DNA of 64,000 bases from Somniosus microcephalus (Eukaryota), in assembly GCA_052327205.1 (NCBI GenBank), contig JBMRGM010000035.1, forward strand, positions 56,916,001 through 56,980,000. Reading direction: 5' to 3'. Positions 56,741 to 64,000 of this stretch are shown here, in pieces. Under the pieces are notes generated by a model, which was not told the DNA's origin, did no database searches, and saw nothing but the letters and a program-made list of their open reading frames with translations. Numbering within the stretch: position 1 is the first letter of the stretch; the number at the start of each line of letters is the position of its first letter. The position numbers were made by a program, and so were the translations under genes.

Positions 56741-59700
56741 ATGAAGATAACCATAGCCAGCCTCAACGTCAACGGCAGCAGGGAAGCTAGCCGCAGATTT
56801 AATAACTTTTCGGTCCTTCGGGACGGGAAGTATGCGGTGTGCTTCCTGCAAGAAACCCACACCGTTCCGGGAGATGAGGCCACGTGGCTCCTGGAGTGGC
56901 AAGGAGGGGTCAACATGAGTCACCTCTCCAATGTTTCCAGTGGTGTGGCTATCTTGTTGGCCCCGCATTTTCAGCCGGAGATCTTGGTGGTCAAGGAGCT
57001 CGTGCCGGGCCGCTTGCTCCAGGTCACTGTTCGCCTGGGGGGCGTGCCGTTCCATCTAGTGAACGTGTACGCCCCTCGGGCTGGTGCGCAGCAAGCGCGC
57101 TTCTTTGAAGAAGTGTCCACTCTTTTGGGCTCCATCGACGCGGGCGAGTGCGTCATCCTCGGGGGGGATTTTAATTGTACCCTCGAGGCGAGGGACCGCA
57201 CGGGTGCCCAGCCGTGCCCGGCGTCGGTGGGGAAGTTGAGGGACCTGGTCGGGTCCCTCGACTTGGCGGACGTCTGGCGTAATCTCCATCCCGACTCCAG
57301 CGCCTTCACCTTTGTGAGGTCTGGGGGAGGAGCGTCCAGGATCGACCGCCTCTACATTTCCCGGGCATACGTCTCCTGCGTTCCGGCGGCTTCCGTGCGG
57401 CCGGTGCCATGCACGGACCACCACCTGGTGTGGGCGGAGCTCGTGCCGCCGCGCGCCGGGGTGGGGTCCGCGTACTGGCACTTTAACAACCTGCTGCTGG
57501 AGGACGCGCGGTTCCGGGATTCGTTCGGTCGGTTCTGGGCCGGCTGGAGAAGGAAGCAGGGGGGCTTCCCCTCCTTGAGGCTATGGTGGGATGTGGGCAA
57601 GGCTCACATCCGTCTCTTCTGTCAGGAGTACGCAAAGGGGTCGACCAAGAGGCGGGAGGCCCGGGTCGGGCAGTTGGAGAAGGAGGTGCTCGACCTGGAG
57701 TCCCGTCTCGGTCAAGTCGCCGAGGACCCGGCCCTGCGGCTGGCGTACGAAGAGAAGAAGGGCGCGCTGGAGGACCTGCAGCTCGTCGGGTCCCGAGGTG
57801 CGTACGTGAGGTCGCGGATCCAGTTCCTGCGGGACCTGGACCGCGGCTCCCCCTTCTTCTACTCGCTGGAAAAAAGATGGGGGGTCCGTAAGCAGCTTTT
57901 GGAGCTGCTGGCCGACGACGGATCTCCGGTCTCGGATCCGGAGGGAATCCGCGCGGAGACCCGCGCCTATTACGGGGCTCTGTTCTCTCCGGATCCGTCC
58001 AGCGAGGACGCGCGCAGAGTTTTGTGGGAGGACCTGCCGAAGGTCGGCCTGGAGGGAGCCGAAAAATTGGACGCTCCTCTGAGTTTGGAGGAGCTGTCCG
58101 GTGCCCTCCGCCAGCTCTCTAGGGGGAAGTCCCCGGGGCTGGACGGGCTGACCGTGGAGTTCCACAGGGCGTTCTGGGGCGTCCTGGGGGGCGACTACGT
58201 GCAGGTCCTGGGGGAATGTTTGGCGACCGGGGAGATGCCCCTCTCGTGGCGCAGGGCGGTGATCGTCCTGCTGCTGAAGAGGGGTGATCTCCGCCACCTT
58301 AAGAACTGGCGCCCGGTCTCCCTCCTCAGCACGGATTACAAAATCTTTGCCAGGGCCATGTCCGTTCGCCTTGGCACCGTGCTGGCCCACATGATCCATC
58401 CCGACCAGTCCTACACGGTCCCGGGCCGGACCATTCACGATAACATCCATCTGGTCCGGGACCTGGTCCACCATTCCCAGAGGGCTGGTCTGTCGGTCGC
58501 CTTCCTTTCCCTGGATCAGGAGAAGGCATTCGACAGGGTGGATCACGAGTATCTTTTCGGGACTCTGCGCGCTTTCGGTTTCGGGACGCATTTCGTCGCC
58601 TGGATCTGACTTCTGTATGCTGCCGCGGAGTGTCTGATTAAAGTTAACGGGTCCTTGGCGGCGCCCCTTCGCTTCGGGAGGGGGGTGCATCAGGGATGCC
58701 CCATGTCCGGCCAGTTATATGCCATTTGTGTGGAGCCTTTCCTGCGCCTCATGCGGAAGAGGTTGGCGGGATTGGCTCTGCAAGGGCCGGGCGTGGAGGT
58801 GGTCCTCTTGGCTTACGCCGATGACGTGCTCCTCATGGTCACGGATCCCTTTGACTTGCGGAGGATGCGGGAATGCCAGCAGATTTACTCGGACGCATCC
58901 TCCGCCAGGATCAACTGGGGGAAATGTTCTGGACTCCTGGTGGGTCAGTGGCAGGTGGACTCTCTGCCGGAGGAGTTCAGGCCCTTCGCCTGGAGTACAA
59001 CGCACCTCCTCTACTTGGGAGTCTACCTCAGCCCGGCCGAGGATGCCTGGCCGGCGAACTGGCACGAGCTGGAGGCCAAAGTCACCGCTCGCTTAGGACG
59101 CTGGACAGGATTGCTCCGAGTGTTGTCCTACAGGGGTTGGGCGTTGGTCATAAACCAACTGGTGGCCGCCATGGTGTGGTACCGGTTGGTTACTCTGATC
59201 CCCCCCCCTGCGTTTGTCGCCAAGATACAGAAGAAGCTCATCGACTTCTTCTGGAACAACAGGATACACTGGGTCGCTGCCGCGGTTCTGAGTCTCCCGC
59301 TTAGGGAGGGCGGTCAGGCGTTGGTGTGCCTCCGCACCCAGGCTGCGACTTTCCGTCTTCAGACGCTGCAGAGATACCTGTACGTCGAGAATCCTCCAAG
59401 ATGGTGTGCGCTGGCGACATATTTTTTCCGCCAGCTGCACGGCCTCAATTACGACATGCAGCTCCTGTTTTTGGAGGCGAGCGGCAGGCGTGAGAGCCTA
59501 CGGGAGCTGCCTGTCTTTTACCAGGAACTACTATGGGTTTGGAATTACGTCGCCTCCAGGCAGAGCTCCCCCCCGTCAGGAGCGGCGGCTGTCCTCCGGG
59601 AGCCGCTGTTCAGGAATCCGCACCTCCACGTCCGCGAGTTCAGGTGGCTGGCGGAGCGCAGGGCTGTGCCTGGCAGGGTGACTAGAGTCGGGGACCTACT

Positions 59701-60640
59701 CGATGGCGGAGGAGCGGGCTGGATGGCGCCAGAGGAGCTGGCGCGACGCATGTCATGGGACGATGTCCGGCTCGCGGTCAATGCCATCGGGGCGGTGAAA
59801 GCGATGTTGCCCCCCGACGCCACAAGGTGTGTCGAGGCGGCTCGGGCACGTGGGGAGATCCCGTCCGAGCTTACTCCCGTTCGGGCGGAATTCCTTATCG
59901 GTGCCTTGCCCCGAAACTCCCCTCGGGGATCGGTGCTTCACAACTTGAGCCGTCTCGAGGAAATACCCTCCGTGCTTTTTCATTCTGCGCGGAGGGGTTT
60001 CTTGTACGGGCTGCTCTTGCACACCTTCCACTTTGCCATCTTCGCCTGCCATCCGGACACGCCGTGGCATGCCGTTTTACCTCAGGACGGAGACGGAGGT
60101 CCCCAATGGGGGGCTCTCTATGTGGGAGTCCTCCCTTGTTCTATCGGGGACTTGGCCTGGAGGTTGTTGCACAGAGCAGTTCCGTGCAATAGATTTTTAA
60201 ATAGGTTTACGGACTCCCAGACCGCCTGTTTGTTTTGCGGTCTGGAGGAGTCCGTAATTCATGTTTATGTTGAATGCGAGAGGTTGCAGCCCCTCTTCCA
60301 TTATTTAAGGGGGCTGCTCCTCAAGTTTTGGTTGCACTTCAGTCCCACGCTCCTGATCTATGGTCACCCTGTGCGGAGGGGAGCGGGCAGGTCAGAGGAC
60401 CTCCTCGTGGGTCTGCTCCTGGGCCTGGCAAAGATAACCATCAATTGGTCCAGGCAGCGGGCGGTTGAGGGGGTCGTCCGGCCAGATTGCCTCCCGCGCT
60501 TCCGCGGCCATGTTCGCGCCCGGGTGGCCCTGGAGATGGAGCACGCGGTCTCCACCGGCACGCTCGAGCAATTTCGTGACCGGTGGGCGCCGCGGGGACT
60601 GGAGTGCATAATCGGTCCAAATGACCAAATTTTAATTTGA
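56741..60640 (+). pseudogene. Tx1 ORF2 (APE endonuclease, RT, C-terminal Cys/His finger) with one premature stop
   Basis: SLNVNG, LQETH, GGDFN, SRIDR, TDH, LDQEKAFDRV, QGCPMS, YADD and CLFC...H...C; ORFs 56741-58609 and 58655-60640 share one frame, separated by TGA at 58607-58609 (likely CGA>TGA). Confidence 0.93.
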
Positions 60641-60778
60641 TTTCTGAATTGGTTTATTTAAAAAGTTACTAGATTTTTAGTTGCACTTGTTTGTTTTTGA
60701 TTTAACACAAGAGAAACCAGTGAAGGTGCCATCTAGGGGTTACTGAAGGAAATAACCGACACCCTCACAATTTCCTCA

Positions 60779-61033
60779 ATGGCAAAAGAACCAGAGGGGA
60801 GATGGGGAAATTTTGTTTTACATTGCGAGTTGTTATGATCTGTAATGCTCTGCCTGAAAGGGTGGTGGAAGCAGATTCAATAGTTATTTTGAAAAGGGGA
60901 TTGGATAAATGCTTGAAGAGGAAATGTTTGCAGGGTATGTTGGGAAAGAGCTGGGACTAATTGGATAGCGCTTTCAAGAGCACGATGGGCCAAATCGCCT
61001 CCTTCTGTGCTGTATGATTCAATGTTTCTGTGA
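60779..61033 (+). mobile_element. CR1 3' fragment
   Basis: GGCAAAAGAACCAGAGGGG...CTGCCTGAAAGGGTGGTGGAAGCAGATTC...CTCCTTCTGTGCTGTATGATTC. Confidence 0.85.
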
Positions 61034-61188
61034 AAGGTTTTATGAAAGTATTCATGTGAATGAGGCGGAACAGTTGCCCGCTCCACTGTCCCGCTTTATT
61101 TTTGTGCATTTGTAGCTGTGCTTTTTCAACCTAATTGAAATGATTCAGAATTCGCTACCCAGGAAGCTCGAAGCTAAACACTACTGAT

Positions 61189-61263
61189 GGCGCGGTGGCC
61201 AAGTGGTAAGGCGTCGGTCTTATATGCCGAAGTATTCATGGGTTTGACCCCCATCGCGTTCCT
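61189..61263 (+). tRNA. tRNA-Thr(CGT)-derived pseudogene
   Basis: GGCGCGGTGGCCAAGTGGTAAGGCGTCGGTCT matches the Thr-CGT 5' half; anticodon decayed to TAT and B box to GGTTTGA. Confidence 0.85.
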
Positions 61264-61299
61264 GGAGAAGTTTCATCACCTCTAATGTGACATTTTTTT

Positions 61300-62112
61300 T
61301 ACTTTTCTCCTGATGAACTCTATCAAAATCGTTCATAATTTTCAATATTACTATCAAATCTCTTCTTGGCAGTCTCTGCTCTAAAGAGAAAACTCCCAGC
61401 TTCTCCAGTCTCTTCACATAAATGAAGTCCCTCACCCCTGGTGCCATTCTAGTAAATCTATTCTGCACTCTCTCCAAGGCCTTGACTTTCTTCCTAAAGC
61501 GTGGTGCCCAGAATTGAAGACAATACTCCTTATGAGGCCTGACCAGTGTTTTTAAAGTTTTAGCATAACTTCCTTGCTTTTGAACTCTATTAATAAAGCC
61601 AAGGATACCACGTGCTTTTTAACAGCCTTCTCAACGTGTCCTGACCGCTTCACAGATCTGTGTACGCACACCCCATGTCTCCCTGTTCTTGTGTCCACTT
61701 TAAAATTGTACCATTTAGAGGCTGTTAATAAAATGCAGGGGAGAGCTTTCTGACCAGTTTCGTGGCCAGTGATCTCCAGAGGGAGCCGATTAAAGTCAAT
61801 AATTGTTCACGTTAAATTTGTACCATTTAATTCATTTTGCCTCTCCTCATTCTTCCTACCAAAATATATCACTTCACACTTCTCTGCGTTAAATTTCATC
61901 TGTCACGTGTCTGCCCATTTAACCAGTCTGTATATGTCCTCCTGTAGTCTGTTACTATTGTCTTCACTATTTACTACATTACCGTCTTTCGTATTATTTG
62001 CAAAATTTGAAATTATGCCCTTTATACCCAAGTTCATTAATCTTCATCAAAAAGAGCAGCGGTCCTACTTTCGACCCCTGAAGAGCACCACTCTAAACTT
62101 TCTTCCAGTCTG
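61300..62112 (-). mobile_element. CR1 RT/C-terminal fragment
   Basis: ERVQNRFTRMAPGVRDF..RLEKLG (61220-61477) plus upstream CR1 RT sequence. Confidence 0.85.
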
Positions 62113-62876
62113 AGCATTTAAAACCTCTCCCTGCAAAAACTTCCTGACCTGCGGAGCAATTCAAATAGATAGAATGAGAAGCGAAAGCAGAGAAATTTCA
62201 AAACTAAGATTGATAGATTGTTGTTAGGCAAGATTATTAAAGGTTACGGCAACAATGGAGTTAAGATACAGATCAGCCATGACCGAATTGAATGGCAGAA
62301 CATGTTCGAGGGGCTGAATGGTCTACTCCTGTTCATGTGTACAGAGATCCACACACACAAATCCAAACAGAGCTGCACACGCACGCAGCGCTGGATAGAT
62401 AGAGAAACAGAGATGGAGAGACAGGCACACAGACAGGGAATGAATCTGAGTCTGATAGAAAGATAGTGACAGAGAGAGAGCAAGACAGCAGGGAGAGAAA
62501 CAGAATACGAGGCAGAAATAGGGACAGAGAGAGAGACAGAGAAGGAGGAACAGACAGAGAGCTACACAGAGAGGGAGAAACGAAGAAACAGGTGCAGAGC
62601 TAGCGAGTCATTGGAGTGCACAGCACCTCAAATAGAACATCATAAGATGTTAGAAATAACTACGAATGAAGGTGCCATTATTCACCGCTTCAACATTGCG
62701 CGCGTCTGCCTCTCTCTCCAGGCTTCCCATCTAAGGAGGAGACCTTACAGGGAGCCTGTGGTCCCAGTGATTCCCCATAGTAACTCACCCCGGGACAGGC
62801 TGCGATTGCATGTCGCTGTTCAGTTATAAAGAAGGAGGGACACCGTCTGATAGAGATTCAGACAGAGAAAGAGAGA

Positions 62877-63022
62877 NNNNNNNNNNNNNNNNNNNNNNNN
62901 NNNNNNNNNNNNNNNNNNNNNNNNNNNNNNNNNNNNNNNNNNNNNNNNNNNNNNNNNNNNNNNNNNNNNNNNNNNNNNNNNNNNNNNNNNNNNNNNNNNN
63001 NNNNNNNNNNNNNNNNNNNNNN
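62877..63022. other. Assembly gap flanked by GA/TC-rich low-complexity tracts (62390-62610, 63205-63335)
   Basis: Run of N. Confidence 0.99.
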
Positions 63023-63589
63023 GAAGCGGTTGCTAATTGGCTGTAGTTTCCCAAGTCCAGGGCGGGAACACCAAGTTCTAACACAATTGGCGGTAAAGCG
63101 CTTTGGGTCATTCTGAAGTTGGGAAAAGCGATAAAATACACATCCTTCCGTTGATCATCTTTACAAACTGCTGGGGATAACAATTAAATAGATTGACAAG
63201 GATGTCTATATCTCTCCCGGTCTGTCCCTCTCGCTCTCCCTCTCTCTCTCTGTCTCTCCCTTTTCCTCCTTCCCTCTCTCTGTCTCTCTGTTTGTCCCTC
63301 TCGCTCCATCTCTCGCTCCCTCCCTCTCTCTCTGTTATACCCGCAGAATAGCGAATCACAGGGTCAAAGAAGGAAACAGATTTGTGTCTCTGTCCTGTTT
63401 CAAAACCGCAAAATGAAAGAATCCCACGATGACGGCTCGGGCAGAATGTTTCTGCGGGGAGTTTGACCTTCCGCCAGAGGTGGCGAGAGACAAGGATGCG
63501 AGGCTATTAAGAGGCTTCGTGAAAATAATTGCATTAAAATCTGGAGCCTAAAGCAGGTGTGGATCTATGAATCTTTCAGACACTTTATA

Positions 63590-63870
63590 TCGAATGTACA
63601 GCACAGGAAAAGGCCATTCGGCACAAGTGGTCTCTGCCGGCGTTTATGCTTCACACGAGCCTACTCCCAGCCCATATCATCTAACTTTCAGCATATCCTT
63701 CTATTGCTGTCTCCCTCATGTACTTACCTAACTCCCCCTGAAATGCGTCAATGCTATTTACCTCAACTATTCCTTATGGTAGCGCGTACTTTGAATAAAT
63801 AACTATCTCCTGAACTCCCTCCTGGGTTTATTAGTGACTATCTTATATTGATAACTTCTAGCTTTACTTA
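63590..63870 (-). mobile_element. Old CR1-type 3' fragment
   Basis: ACAGCACAGGAAAAGGCCATTCGGC...CTCCTGAACTCCCTCCTGGGTTTATTAGTGACTATCTTATA. Confidence 0.6.
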
Positions 63871-64000
63871 GTGTGACACACGAACTTTCCAATCCCCGCC
63901 AGCGCCTGGAGACTGGGAAATCCGTCAGGAGCAGCATTCACCGCCAGGGCTGAAATCTTGCTCGGTTTAAACGCCTGTTGTCAGCGGACTGCAGCACATC

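Larger units (their letters stand above)
53655..60704 (+). mobile_element. Near full-length Tx1-clade (L1 group) non-LTR retrotransposon
   Basis: ~0.9-kb 5'UTR, ORF1 and ORF2; candidate TSD ACACAAG at 53648-53654 and 60705-60711; GC- and CpG-rich. Confidence 0.92.
52834..60769. mobile_element. Solo LTR (~0.88 kb, probably Gypsy) interrupted by the Tx1 element; pieces at 52834-53654 and 60705-60769
   Basis: Inverted termini TGTCAGGGT...ACCCTCACA; 5-bp TSD ATTTC at 52829-52833 and 60770-60774; internal tandem repeats (CTCAAGACAAGCTACC; 18-bp GTCAAGACAGAGCACCTA) at 52990-53510. Confidence 0.85.

Noticed and set aside
55213-60628. Long antisense and alternative-frame ORFs (e.g. 57581-58690, 55708-56568)
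   Set aside because: Shadows of GC-rich Tx1 coding sequence
61189-61263. Thr-body tRNA with TAT anticodon as an anticodon-shifted functional gene
   Set aside because: CGT>TAT fits CpG decay, and the B box and 3' half are also damaged

Overview
Eukaryotic, not prokaryotic, DNA, almost certainly from a cartilaginous fish (shark-type CR1 LINEs, Penelope, HE1-like and SacSINE1-like SINEs). No intact host protein-coding gene was found. The backbone is a decaying, repeatedly duplicated tRNA-gene cluster with about 45 genes and remnants (Pro, His, Ser, Thr, Leu, Gly, Arg, Val, Ile, Lys). Only one Ser-GCT looks intact and one Thr-AGT nearly so. The cluster is heavily invaded by retroelements: many CR1 copies, two large Penelope pieces, an RTEX-like LINE, a full-length degenerate Gypsy element, and a near-intact 7-kb Tx1-clade element nested in a solo LTR. 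Three minisatellites and an assembly gap are also present. The most notable observations are: (1) all 12 tRNA-Pro copies carry an intron-like insert at the canonical 37/38 site (mostly 16-19 nt), as does an Arg-NCG family, and neither isotype normally has introns in vertebrates; (2) the Gypsy element has no tRNA primer-binding site but a 12-bp sequence complementary to its own LTR; (3) there is an orphan first exon resembling SLC46A1. All calls were made by eye against remembered consensus sequences. Coordinates of degenerate repeats are approximate.
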